Shown one piece after another: positions 28,191 through 37,331 of a stretch of DNA of 64,000 bases (positions are counted from its first letter, which is position 1; the number at the start of each line of letters is the position of its first letter). Source of the DNA: Oscillospiraceae bacterium (lineage in GTDB: Bacteria > Bacillota > Clostridia > Oscillospirales > JAKOTC01); contig DAOSWV010000014.1 of assembly GCA_035380125.1 (NCBI GenBank), positions 1,308 through 65,307 of the forward strand, written 5' to 3'. The notes beneath the pieces were generated by a model. The model was given only the letters and a program-made list of their open reading frames with translations. It did no database searches and had not been told where the DNA came from. Made by a program: the position numbers and the translations under genes.

Positions 28191-31070
28191 TTGTCTCTCT
28201 TGGTATTTCGCAAACTCCTGAATAATCGGTGGATGTTTGTCTGCCTTTTCATCGGCTTTCTGATCATCGCGACCGTCGTCAGCAGTATCCCTATGTATAC
28301 CAATGCGATTCTGCAGAGGGTTTTAATTCTTGATCTTCAGGAATATCAGGTAAAATACACTCAATATCCCGGAACTTATCAGGTCACTCAAACCTACAAC
28401 TACAGTACGCAGCCATTTAATGTCTACGACGACTACATCACTTCAACGTTGTCTGCTCAAATTAGCGTTCCGACAGTCGCCGATGTCACTCGTGTTGAAA
28501 TGGGTCGGCGTTCCTATGCAAAAACGCCCTATTCGTCAGAATCAATCATTCAAACCGTCAACGTCACCGCGCTGCAGGATTTCAACAATAAAGTTCAGGT
28601 CATCACAGGGCGCTTAGCCGAACCCGGCCTTGTCGACGGCGCATACGAGGTCACGGTCAGCCAATATACCATGAAAACTATGATGTTGCAGCTCGGCCAA
28701 GAATATCTGTTCACTGTTCCCTTTTCACCCGCCGAACTCTTTGCTTCCGATGACCCGGGCGCTTATTATAAATTCCGTGTCGTCGGTGTCGTAACCCCTA
28801 TCGATATCAATGATCCCTATTGGTTTATGGATATGTCCACTTATAATCAGGACATATTTATGGATTTTGATACCGCTGTCTCCGACTTCTCCGATAATAA
28901 TTACATCACCGAATCAATCTGGTACAAAGCATATGATTATACACAGATTAAGATTTCGGATATCCGTGATATCATCAACACGCTGGATATGCAGAAGCAG
29001 CAATATATCGAAATGGGCAGCGGTACGAGATTTACCATGCCCACAATCGACATTATGAAAAATTATCTCGAGCGTGAAGCCAACTTGCAGATCACCCTTT
29101 GGGTTCTGATTCTGCCGGTGCTTGTATTGATGTGCTTTTATATCTTTATGGTCTCTAAAATGAAACTCGAAAGCGAGACCAACGAGATTGCCGTCTTGAA
29201 AAGCCGTGGGGCTAGCCGAATGCAAATCTTCGGCGGGTACATCATGGAATGGGGAATACTTGCGGGTCTGTCCATGATATTCGGCCCGCTGCTGGGATAT
29301 TGCAGCTGCTATATCCTTGGTTCTTCCAACGGATTTTTGGATTTCGTTGTCCGAAAGGCTCTCCCTGTCTCTATCGACTGGATGGCATATCTCTACGCTC
29401 TGATTGCAATGGTACTCTTTGCGGTCGCCATGTTGATTCCGGCTTTTTCCGCTTCCAAGCTCAGCATCGTGGAACACAAACAACTGTCTGCACGTTCCGC
29501 TAAAACTCCGCTTTGGCAAAAACTCGGCCTTGACTTTATCCTGTGCGGCGCATCGATTTACGGTCTCGTCCGTTACCAGAGCATTCTGGACAGCTTGACC
29601 ACCAAGGGTGCAACGGTTGCGGCAATGGGCATCGATCCGTTAATGTTCATCATCACCTCCGCTTTCATGCTGGGCGTCGGTTTGTTGTTCCTCAGAGTAT
29701 ATCCCTATATCGTACAGTTCCTATTCTTCTTGGGCAAGAAAAAATGGTCACCGCCGTATTACTCGTCGTTCATCCGCATCGGCAGATCGGGCAGCAAAGA
29801 AATTTTCGTTATGCTGTTTATTATCTATTCGATCTCAGTCGGTATCTTTTCCGCCAATTCGGCAAGAACCATCAATAACAACCTCGTAGACCGTTATGAA
29901 TATCTCAGCGGTGCCGATGTTGTAGCCACTATTGATACTTCAATGTTAAAATCGGCGCTTGATACGGAAGCTATTGCCGCCGATAATGACTGTATTGAAG
30001 CTGCCGCAGAAGTCATCTATATACCTCAGGATTCCGATGATTTCGTAATCAAACTCGGCAACCAGAAATTGAATGCCTTCTCGCTGATGGGTATTGAGCC
30101 TTATTCGTTCGGCACTACTACAACACTGCGGACGGATCTGCTCCCCTATCACATCAATGAGTATTTAAATCTGATTAACGGCGCTCAATCGGCTGTGCTG
30201 CTCTCTTCCGATTTTGCCGAAAGCGTTGCGGTGGGTGATGTTCTCACTCTTGACGGTCCGAACGGAATTTCCATGTCTTGCATCGTCTATGGCTTCGTCG
30301 ACTACTGGCCCGGTTATCAAAAAACTGTCTATACCGACGGCGTCGCAGAAAACAAATCGTTGGTCGTCATTAATTCGTCTTTCCTCAAACTCCATTATGC
30401 TGATACATATGATAACTACGTTCAGCTTTGGATGAAACGTAAAGACGGCTCCACCACGGATGATTTCATCTCTGCAATGTCTAAATCGATTCCTTTTGCC
30501 GCTGCGACCGAATCCGCTACAAATGATTTGATGGCAAAGATCAATGCCGGAGATATTAATGTTGACTACGGTTCTCTTGCCGTTACGAATTTGCAATACG
30601 CTTCACAAGAAATCGTTAAAGTGAAAAACGATCCGACAATTCAGGGCTTTAACGGCATGCTCTCGCTGGTATTTTTGATCACGATGGGTATAACTACCGT
30701 GGGTTTCCTGATTTACTGGATTCTCTCGCTCAGAAGTCGAACGCTTCAATTCGGTATCTACCGCGCAATCGGTATGTCCCAACGCAGCGTGATGGGAATG
30801 ATCGGCGTGGAACAGGTTCTTGTGTCCATCATGTCCATTTTGTTCGGATTACTGCTCGGCGACGTGACAAGTTTACTCTTCATTCGCTTGTTCGAGATGG
30901 TGAATACCGCAGAAGAACGCATCATCCCGTTCCGGGTTTTCCATCAATTGTCCGATTATCTGAAAATATATCTCGTTATCGCAATCATGCTTGCCATTGG
31001 CATCGGAGTCTTAGTCCGTGTGATTTCTTCGATTAAGATTGATCAGGCCCTTAAACTGGGCGAAGATTGA
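28191..31070 (+). CDS. Fused MacB/FtsX-type ABC permease with two FtsX modules
   Basis: 959 aa arranged as TM1, a large extracytoplasmic domain, three TM (with the VLKSRGASR FtsX motif), further TM, a second large extracytoplasmic domain, and a second FtsX module (YRAIGMSQRS). TTG start with an AGGAGG SD. Confidence 0.85.
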   Translation: MSLLVFRKLLNNRWMFVCLFIGFLIIATVVSSIPMYTNAILQRVLILDLQEYQVKYTQYPGTYQVTQTYNYSTQPFNVYDDYITSTLSAQISVPTVADVTRVEMGRRSYAKTPYSSESIIQTVNVTALQDFNNKVQVITGRLAEPGLVDGAYEVTVSQYTMKTMMLQLGQEYLFTVPFSPAELFASDDPGAYYKFRVVGVVTPIDINDPYWFMDMSTYNQDIFMDFDTAVSDFSDNNYITESIWYKAYDYTQIKISDIRDIINTLDMQKQQYIEMGSGTRFTMPTIDIMKNYLEREANLQITLWVLILPVLVLMCFYIFMVSKMKLESETNEIAVLKSRGASRMQIFGGYIMEWGILAGLSMIFGPLLGYCSCYILGSSNGFLDFVVRKALPVSIDWMAYLYALIAMVLFAVAMLIPAFSASKLSIVEHKQLSARSAKTPLWQKLGLDFILCGASIYGLVRYQSILDSLTTKGATVAAMGIDPLMFIITSAFMLGVGLLFLRVYPYIVQFLFFLGKKKWSPPYYSSFIRIGRSGSKEIFVMLFIIYSISVGIFSANSARTINNNLVDRYEYLSGADVVATIDTSMLKSALDTEAIAADNDCIEAAAEVIYIPQDSDDFVIKLGNQKLNAFSLMGIEPYSFGTTTTLRTDLLPYHINEYLNLINGAQSAVLLSSDFAESVAVGDVLTLDGPNGISMSCIVYGFVDYWPGYQKTVYTDGVAENKSLVVINSSFLKLHYADTYDNYVQLWMKRKDGSTTDDFISAMSKSIPFAAATESATNDLMAKINAGDINVDYGSLAVTNLQYASQEIVKVKNDPTIQGFNGMLSLVFLITMGITTVGFLIYWILSLRSRTLQFGIYRAIGMSQRSVMGMIGVEQVLVSIMSILFGLLLGDVTSLLFIRLFEMVNTAEERIIPFRVFHQLSDYLKIYLVIAIMLAIGIGVLVRVISSIKIDQALKLGED

Positions 31071-31083
31071 TGGAGGTGAGCAT

Positions 31084-31779
31084 ATGAACGACACGATTAT
31101 AAAATCCACCGATATCATCCGAGACTTTGACACTTCAGGCGGAATCGTACATGTTCTTCGGGGAATCTCTGTTGAAATCCCAAATGACAAGCTCACGATT
31201 TTCCGCGGCCGTTCGGGTTCAGGCAAAACTACGCTCATCAACATGCTGGGTGCATTGGATTACCCGACTTCGGGCAAAATCTGGTTTCAGGATAAAGAGA
31301 TTACGACGCTTTCCTCGTTGGAACAGGATAAACTACGCCGTCACGACTACGGGTTCGTTTTCCAGTCCACAGCTTTGATCGGCATCATGACAGCCTATGA
31401 AAACGTCGAGTTTGCCCTGCGTGTGTCCGGTATGACCGATCCCGTTGAACGCAAAGAACGTGCTATGCATTGTCTTGGATTAGTCGACCTCGGAAAACGC
31501 GCCAATCACATGCCCGGCGAAATGTCCGGCGGCGAACAACAGCGTGTTGCTATCGCAAGAGCAATCGCCCACAGACCCAAAGTCATTTTTGCGGATGAAC
31601 CGACTGCGGCTTTGGATACACAAATGGGCCTTCAGGTTATGGGTGTGTTTAAACTTCTGATCGAACGTGAGGGCGTTACGATTATCATGACAACCCACGA
31701 TCCCAATATGATGGAGGTCGCGGATAAGGTTTATACTTTGGAGGACGGTGTTATTATCGATGAAAAAGTCAACAACTGA
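31084..31779 (+). CDS. ABC transporter ATP-binding protein (MacB/LolD-type), canonical length
   Basis: 231 aa with Walker A GRSGSGKTT, signature MSGGEQQRVAIARA, Walker B IFADEPT and H-loop TTHD. A GGAGGTG SD lies upstream. Confidence 0.92.
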   Translation: MNDTIIKSTDIIRDFDTSGGIVHVLRGISVEIPNDKLTIFRGRSGSGKTTLINMLGALDYPTSGKIWFQDKEITTLSSLEQDKLRRHDYGFVFQSTALIGIMTAYENVEFALRVSGMTDPVERKERAMHCLGLVDLGKRANHMPGEMSGGEQQRVAIARAIAHRPKVIFADEPTAALDTQMGLQVMGVFKLLIEREGVTIIMTTHDPNMMEVADKVYTLEDGVIIDEKVNN

Positions 31780-32815
31780 AGAATTGAATAACACAGTTGC
31801 CGAAGTGAAACCGGAACCGATGGCTGAATCGATAGAGACATCCGATGGTAAACCGGAACCGATGGTTTACTGCGAAAACCTGGTCAAAATCTTTAAGACC
31901 GGTGAGATTGAAGTTATCGCGCTGCAGGGGCTTGACCTGACCATCGAAAAGGGTGAATTGACAGCAATTATCGGTAATTCCGGTTCCGGTAAATCCACAC
32001 TGCTGAACCTGCTGGGCGGCCTTGACCGGCCTTCTGCGGGGATTTTGAGGGTTAACGGACAAAACCTTTTAAAGTTTTCTGAACAGCAGATGGTGGAATA
32101 TAAACGCCGTACCGTGGGTTTTGTTTGGCAAAACAATGCGCGAAATCTGATCCCTTATCTTACCGCACAGCAGAATATCGAACTCCCGCTGTCGATTGTA
32201 GATCCGCATATGCCGCGTCAAAAACGCGTTGATCGAGCAAAAGAACTGCTGGATATGGTCGGTCTTTCCCACCGGCTGGGCAACAAACTCAGCCAACTGT
32301 CCGGCGGCGAACAACAGCGTGTCGCTATCGCCTTGGCACTGGCCAATAACCCCGCTCTGCTGCTGGCTGATGAACCGACCGGCGCTGTTGATACGGCAAC
32401 CGTCGCCATGATCCTTGATATCTTTAACCGACTAAACCGTGAACTCGGACTGACCATTGTTATCGTCACCCACGACCGACAGCTCTCTCGTAAAGTCAAC
32501 CGTGTCGTTGCGATCCGTGACGGACGAACCAGCAGCGAATTCATCCGCTATAACTATGCCGATGAGATCGCGGCCAATACAAAACGCCTTGAAAACACCA
32601 ATCTCAACTTCAACATCGAATCCCACGAAGAATTTGTGGTTCTTGACCGAACCGGCCGCCTGCAGATTCCGAAAGAATATTTGGAACAAATGAATTTAAA
32701 AGGTGGAAATAAGTTGAAAATGAGCATGACTGATGATACAATAATATTGGAACGTCCGCAGGATAAACCGGAAGAATCAAAGCCGCAGGATAAGGACGGA
32801 TCCGATAACGTTTAA
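31760..32815 (+). CDS. Second ABC ATP-binding protein with an N-terminal extension and a C-terminal AbrB/SpoVT-like domain
   Basis: 351 aa with Walker A GNSGSGKST, signature LSGGEQQRVAIALA, Walker B LLADEPT and H-loop VTHD. The C-terminus VVLDRTGRLQIPKEYLEQMNLKGGNKLKMSMTDDTIILER resembles the AbrB N-domain. It overlaps the upstream ATPase gene by 20 nt. Confidence 0.85.
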   Translation: MKKSTTEELNNTVAEVKPEPMAESIETSDGKPEPMVYCENLVKIFKTGEIEVIALQGLDLTIEKGELTAIIGNSGSGKSTLLNLLGGLDRPSAGILRVNGQNLLKFSEQQMVEYKRRTVGFVWQNNARNLIPYLTAQQNIELPLSIVDPHMPRQKRVDRAKELLDMVGLSHRLGNKLSQLSGGEQQRVAIALALANNPALLLADEPTGAVDTATVAMILDIFNRLNRELGLTIVIVTHDRQLSRKVNRVVAIRDGRTSSEFIRYNYADEIAANTKRLENTNLNFNIESHEEFVVLDRTGRLQIPKEYLEQMNLKGGNKLKMSMTDDTIILERPQDKPEESKPQDKDGSDNV

Positions 32816-32827
32816 AGGGGGATGTGA

Positions 32828-33715
32828 ATGAAAAAGTTCACAAAGGCCGTTTTCCCGATTTATCTCATTGTATCGATGCTTGTGTTCTCACTCTTCGGAT
32901 GTGCGGCTCCCGTGCCTGCCTCCTCCGGAATATCTATCTCCGTTCCCGAGGAACAAGTGAGCAACATTGTAACCGGAAATCCGCCTGCTCTCAATGTCAA
33001 AACCGAATATACAACGGACGAACTTGAAGGTTATCACGAGATTAACGCTGATTTTATCGGAATTTTCGAAATTCCGGGAATCAATCTGAAAGAACTGGTC
33101 GTTGATGCCCCTGATAACAGCTATTATATGCGCAAGGACCTCGAGGGCAATTATCGCCACGAGGGTATTTTGTTTTTCGATTATCGCTGTCTGACTGACG
33201 GATATTTCGGCTATAATACCATCCTCTACGGCCACAATATCGGCAAGAGCAAATACAGCGATCTGATGTTCGGAAAACTGGTCAAATATCGCGAAGGCGA
33301 CACTTATCTGACGGCAAATATCTTTAAATTCACCGCATATAACGGCTATACATACTATTTTCAACTCTTCTCCGGTTATGACACTTCGCCCTCATCCAAC
33401 GGCGATCCCTATTTCTGTGTTACGCTCGACTTTGAGCAGGACAAGACCTTCCACTTCACCGATATGCGCCGATATCAACAGTTCTCCGGTTTCATTCAAG
33501 CGGCTTTTGAACGCTCGGATTTTACGACACCCGATCTTGAAGTCGGTTTTTATGACAAAGTTCTTACCTTGATCACTTGCGTCTACGATTATGATAACTG
33601 GCGTTATACCCTTCAGGCCAAACTGATGCACACCGATGAAGTAGCCGCATATTTAGCCGAACATCCCGAAATGGCAACACCCGGAGAGATCATCGGAAAT
33701 CCCGAACCATATTGA
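32828..33715 (+). CDS. srtB: Class B sortase
   Basis: 295 aa with the catalytic motifs LYGHNIG (His), TLITC (Cys) and a late conserved Arg (RYTLQAKL). The N-terminal signal carries lipobox-like LFGC. Confidence 0.85.
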   Translation: MKKFTKAVFPIYLIVSMLVFSLFGCAAPVPASSGISISVPEEQVSNIVTGNPPALNVKTEYTTDELEGYHEINADFIGIFEIPGINLKELVVDAPDNSYYMRKDLEGNYRHEGILFFDYRCLTDGYFGYNTILYGHNIGKSKYSDLMFGKLVKYREGDTYLTANIFKFTAYNGYTYYFQLFSGYDTSPSSNGDPYFCVTLDFEQDKTFHFTDMRRYQQFSGFIQAAFERSDFTTPDLEVGFYDKVLTLITCVYDYDNWRYTLQAKLMHTDEVAAYLAEHPEMATPGEIIGNPEPY

Positions 33716-33735
33716 TTCATCCATATGAATTGAAA

Positions 33736-33764
33736 ACGGCGCACCTTTGGGTGTGCCGTTTTTC
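33736..33764 (+). terminator. Rho-independent terminator ending the transporter-sortase cluster
   Basis: 9-bp stem acggcgcac / gtgtgccgt (one G-U pair) with a 6-nt loop, followed by TTTTT. Confidence 0.7.
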
Positions 33765-33767
33765 TGC

Positions 33768-33796
33768 TTGTCATTTTCGGCAGTATATTGTATAAT
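33768..33796 (+). promoter_or_regulatory. Sigma-70-type promoter candidate for the PocR-AraC regulator
   Basis: TTGTCA, a 17-nt spacer, then TATAAT, about 28 nt upstream of the ATG at 33825. Confidence 0.5.
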
Positions 33797-33824
33797 TTAT
33801 ATATCTGTGATTGGAGGTGCGGAC

Positions 33825-35060
33825 ATGCAGGAACAGCTTCTGGAACGGTGTGCGGAAAACGCCGGACACTTGTTTGAGCTCTGCAACGTCCCCATCCGCA
33901 TCTTCGATACCTATGACCGTATTTTTGCCGACCGAGATTCCGAAGATCAGAAACAGTTTTTTTGTTCTTTTTGCGGATATAAAAAATGCAATCCCGAAAA
34001 TACCCATTTTTACGGCTGTAACGAAGCTTATCGCTGGAATGGAAAATATATTTATTACTGCCCCATTGGTCTGTTATTCTGCGCTTCTTCGGTTACCGAT
34101 GATACGGGAAAGATGCAGGCCGGTATGGTTGGGGGACCTGTCGTCATGGGCGAGCAGAAAGATTCCCTCGTTGAAATAAAAGATGCAAATACCCGTAAAT
34201 CCGCTCAAAAACTGCCGGTTTTTACCCCGCAGAAAGTCAATGCGCTGTCTTCATGCCTGTTGTCGTGTGCAGTTCTTTCTTCTGGCGTCGCCTACGGTTT
34301 GGCCGGCAGTTTTGTCTATGAACAGGAAAAGCAGCTCAACGCCATTTTTTCTGCCCACAGCGACATTTTGGGCGAACAGGAATGCACTTACCCCATCGAA
34401 TACGAAAAAGCCCTGCACCGCTTGATCATTGAACATGACAAGAGCGGTGCGCAGGCGTTGTTAAACGAACTGCTCGGCTTTATCTATTTCTCCAGCAACT
34501 ACGATCTGGAAACCATTCGCGAGCGCTCGGTGGAACTTGTGGTTTTGCTTTCGCGATCCATTATTGACGCCGGAGCTGACGCAAAAGAGATCTTTTTATC
34601 CAACAGCGGCTATATTCATGAGATCGAACAATTTACCTCGGTCGAACAATTAAACGTCTGGCTCAGTGTGATGCTACACCGCTTTATCAACTACACTTTC
34701 GATTTTACACAAGTGAAACATTCAGACGTGGTCTTCAAAGCGATGAACTACATCAAAGCCAATTATGCGGGAAAAATTACGCTGGACGACATCGCAAAGC
34801 ACGTCTTTTTGAGCCGTTCTTATCTCAGCACGGTATTCAAGGACGATACCGGCATGAGTGTGACCGATTATATCAAACACACTCGAATTGAAAAAAGCAA
34901 ACTGTTTCTGCTTGACAACCATATTAAGCTTGCCGATATCGCCGCACTCTGCGGATTTGAGGATCAGAGCTATTTCACTAAGGTCTTTCGCAGCGAGGTC
35001 GGTATCTCACCGAAAAAATACCGCGACAGCGGCGGACGTATTGTCAATATAAACCCATAA
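33825..35060 (+). CDS. AraC-family transcriptional regulator with an N-terminal PocR sensory domain
   Basis: The PocR-like Cys pattern (FCSFCGYKKC..YGCNEAY..YYCPIGL) is followed by a C-terminal AraC double HTH (SRSYLSTVFK..GFEDQSYFTKVFR). A GGAGGTG SD precedes the start. Confidence 0.85.
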   Translation: MQEQLLERCAENAGHLFELCNVPIRIFDTYDRIFADRDSEDQKQFFCSFCGYKKCNPENTHFYGCNEAYRWNGKYIYYCPIGLLFCASSVTDDTGKMQAGMVGGPVVMGEQKDSLVEIKDANTRKSAQKLPVFTPQKVNALSSCLLSCAVLSSGVAYGLAGSFVYEQEKQLNAIFSAHSDILGEQECTYPIEYEKALHRLIIEHDKSGAQALLNELLGFIYFSSNYDLETIRERSVELVVLLSRSIIDAGADAKEIFLSNSGYIHEIEQFTSVEQLNVWLSVMLHRFINYTFDFTQVKHSDVVFKAMNYIKANYAGKITLDDIAKHVFLSRSYLSTVFKDDTGMSVTDYIKHTRIEKSKLFLLDNHIKLADIAALCGFEDQSYFTKVFRSEVGISPKKYRDSGGRIVNINP

Positions 35061-35084
35061 ATCGAAAAGGAGAACAAACCATTC

Positions 35085-35915
35085 ATGCATGAGATTCTCG
35101 AAAAAAGAGCCCTAAACGCCAACACTTGGCTGATGCGCATTCACGCCCCGCTGGTTGCCAAACGCTGCGAACCGGGACAGTTTATTATTTTCCGCATCGA
35201 TGAGCAAGGGGAGCGTGTCCCGCTGACCATCGCTGATTACGACCGGGCAAGCGACAGCGTAACGATTATTTTTCAGGCGATCGGCGCTTCCACAATCGCA
35301 TTGTCAAAACTAAACCAAGGTGATTTTATATCTGATTTCGCGGGGCCTCTCGGAAACGCTTCCAAATTGGAGGGGCACAAAAACGTCGCAATCATCGGCG
35401 GCGGCGTCGGCTGCGCCATCGCTTACCCTCAGGCCAAGAAGCTTTTCGGCATGGGGTGTAAAGTGGATTTGATTGCAGGATTTCGCAGCAAAGATATCGT
35501 TATGCTTGAAGATGAGATGCGTGCGAACAGCACCCACCTGTTCATTACGACCGACGACGGAAGCTACGGAGAGAAGGGTTTGGTAACCGATAAACTGAAA
35601 GCCTTGATCGAGAGCGGCGAAAAATACGATGAGGTTATTGCCATCGGTCCTGTTATCATGATGAAATTTGTCACGCTGACCGCCAAGGCCTACGGCATTC
35701 CCGTCACAGTCAGCCTGAATCCGATTATGGTCGACGGTACCGGTATGTGCGGCGGCTGTCGGGTTACTGTGGGCGGCGAGACCAAATTCGCCTGCGTCGA
35801 CGGTCCGGAATTCGACGGATATCAAGTCGATTTCGACGAGCTGATGCGCCGCAATACCGCTTATAAGACACATGAGTCCGAAGCGTCCCACAAATGCCGT
35901 TTAATAAAGGAGTAA
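35085..35915 (+). CDS. nfnA: PyrK-like FAD/NAD-binding [2Fe-2S] subunit (NfnA / sulfide dehydrogenase small-subunit type)
   Basis: 276 aa with ferredoxin-reductase-type FAD and NAD folds and a C-terminal CGGC..C cluster. It is paired with a GltD-like gene. The symbol is inferred from that pairing. Confidence 0.75.
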   Translation: MHEILEKRALNANTWLMRIHAPLVAKRCEPGQFIIFRIDEQGERVPLTIADYDRASDSVTIIFQAIGASTIALSKLNQGDFISDFAGPLGNASKLEGHKNVAIIGGGVGCAIAYPQAKKLFGMGCKVDLIAGFRSKDIVMLEDEMRANSTHLFITTDDGSYGEKGLVTDKLKALIESGEKYDEVIAIGPVIMMKFVTLTAKAYGIPVTVSLNPIMVDGTGMCGGCRVTVGGETKFACVDGPEFDGYQVDFDELMRRNTAYKTHESEASHKCRLIKE

Positions 35916-35922
35916 TATTCCC

Positions 35923-37308
35923 ATGCCTAATATGAATCCTAAAAAGACCCCTTCCCCGGAACAAGCGCCCGATCGGCGCATCAACAATTTTAAGGAAGTT
36001 GCACTCGGCTATGATGAACAACAAGCCATCGAAGAAGCCGCACGCTGCATCGAATGCAAAAACCCGAAATGTGTCTCCGGCTGCCCGGTGAACGTCCAAA
36101 TTCCGCAATTTATTAAACAGATCAAAGACGAGAATTTTCTCGGTGCTTACGATACGATTTACGGCACCAATTCCCTGCCCGCCGTCTGCGGTCGCGTCTG
36201 CCCACAGGAAAGCCAATGTGAGGGACTTTGCGTTCGCGGAATCAAAGGCGAACCGGTGGGAATCGGCCGTTTAGAGCGATTTGCCGCCGATTACGCAGCC
36301 AAACAAGGACATAATGCACCGATCAAAAAAGAAAACAGCAAGGATAAAAAAGTTGCGGTCGTCGGATCAGGCCCCGCAGGTCTTGCGTGTGCAGCGGAAC
36401 TTGTGAAACGCGGTTACGGTGTAACGGTTTTCGAGGCCTTTCACAAGTTCGGAGGCGTTTTGGCCTACGGGATCCCGGAATTCCGTCTGCCGAAATCCAT
36501 TGTCGCTGATGAAGTGGACAAACTTCGTGATCTCGGTGTACAGTTTCAGGCAAACGCCATTATCGGAAAATCTTTGACCATCGACGACTTATTCGAAGAG
36601 GGTTACAAAGCCGTATTTCTCGGAACCGGCGCAGGTCTGCCGAAGTTTTTGGGCATCCCCGGCGAAAATCTGATCGGTGTTTTCAGCGCCAACGAATATC
36701 TGACCCGTATTAACCTGATGAAGGCCTTTTCCGATGGATATGATACCCCCGTTTTAAAATTCGACCGCGTTGCCGTGGTAGGTGGCGGAAACGTAGCAAT
36801 GGATGCCGCACGCTGTGCAAGACGTATGGGCAGTGAGGTTTATCTGGTCTACCGGCGCACCGAAAATGAAATGCCGGCCAGAGCCGAAGAACGCCATCAC
36901 GCCAAAGAAGAGGGCATTCTCTTTCAGACATTGACCGCCCCGATTGAGGTTGTCGGCGACAAAGACGGTATGGTAACCGGTTTAAAATGCCGCAAGATGG
37001 CACTCGGCGAACCCGACGCCAGCGGAAGAGCCAGGCCGGTTGAAGTTCCCGGCAGCGATTTTGTCCTTGAGACCGACGCTGTGATTGCCGCAATCGGCAC
37101 CTCCCCCAACCCCATCATCGCAAAAAGCACGAAAGACATTACATTTGACCGTCACGGCTGCGCTGTGGTCGGTGAGAACTCCCTAATGACCACAAGACCC
37201 GGCGTATTTGCCGGGGGTGATCTTGTCAGCGGTGCGGCGACCGTCATTCTGGCAATGGGGGCGGGCAAACAGGCGGCGGCGGAGATCGACGAGTATCTGA
37301 GTGAATAA
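35923..37308 (+). CDS. nfnB: GltD-like NADPH-dependent oxidoreductase (NfnB / glutamate synthase small-chain homologue)
   Basis: 461 aa with two N-terminal [4Fe-4S] Cys motifs (CIECKNPKC..GCP; CGRVCP..C..C) and two Rossmann motifs (VVGSGPAG; VVGGGNVAMD). Confidence 0.8.
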   Translation: MPNMNPKKTPSPEQAPDRRINNFKEVALGYDEQQAIEEAARCIECKNPKCVSGCPVNVQIPQFIKQIKDENFLGAYDTIYGTNSLPAVCGRVCPQESQCEGLCVRGIKGEPVGIGRLERFAADYAAKQGHNAPIKKENSKDKKVAVVGSGPAGLACAAELVKRGYGVTVFEAFHKFGGVLAYGIPEFRLPKSIVADEVDKLRDLGVQFQANAIIGKSLTIDDLFEEGYKAVFLGTGAGLPKFLGIPGENLIGVFSANEYLTRINLMKAFSDGYDTPVLKFDRVAVVGGGNVAMDAARCARRMGSEVYLVYRRTENEMPARAEERHHAKEEGILFQTLTAPIEVVGDKDGMVTGLKCRKMALGEPDASGRARPVEVPGSDFVLETDAVIAAIGTSPNPIIAKSTKDITFDRHGCAVVGENSLMTTRPGVFAGGDLVSGAATVILAMGAGKQAAAEIDEYLSE

Positions 37309-37331
37309 TTAAATTAGCCCGATCAATAATT

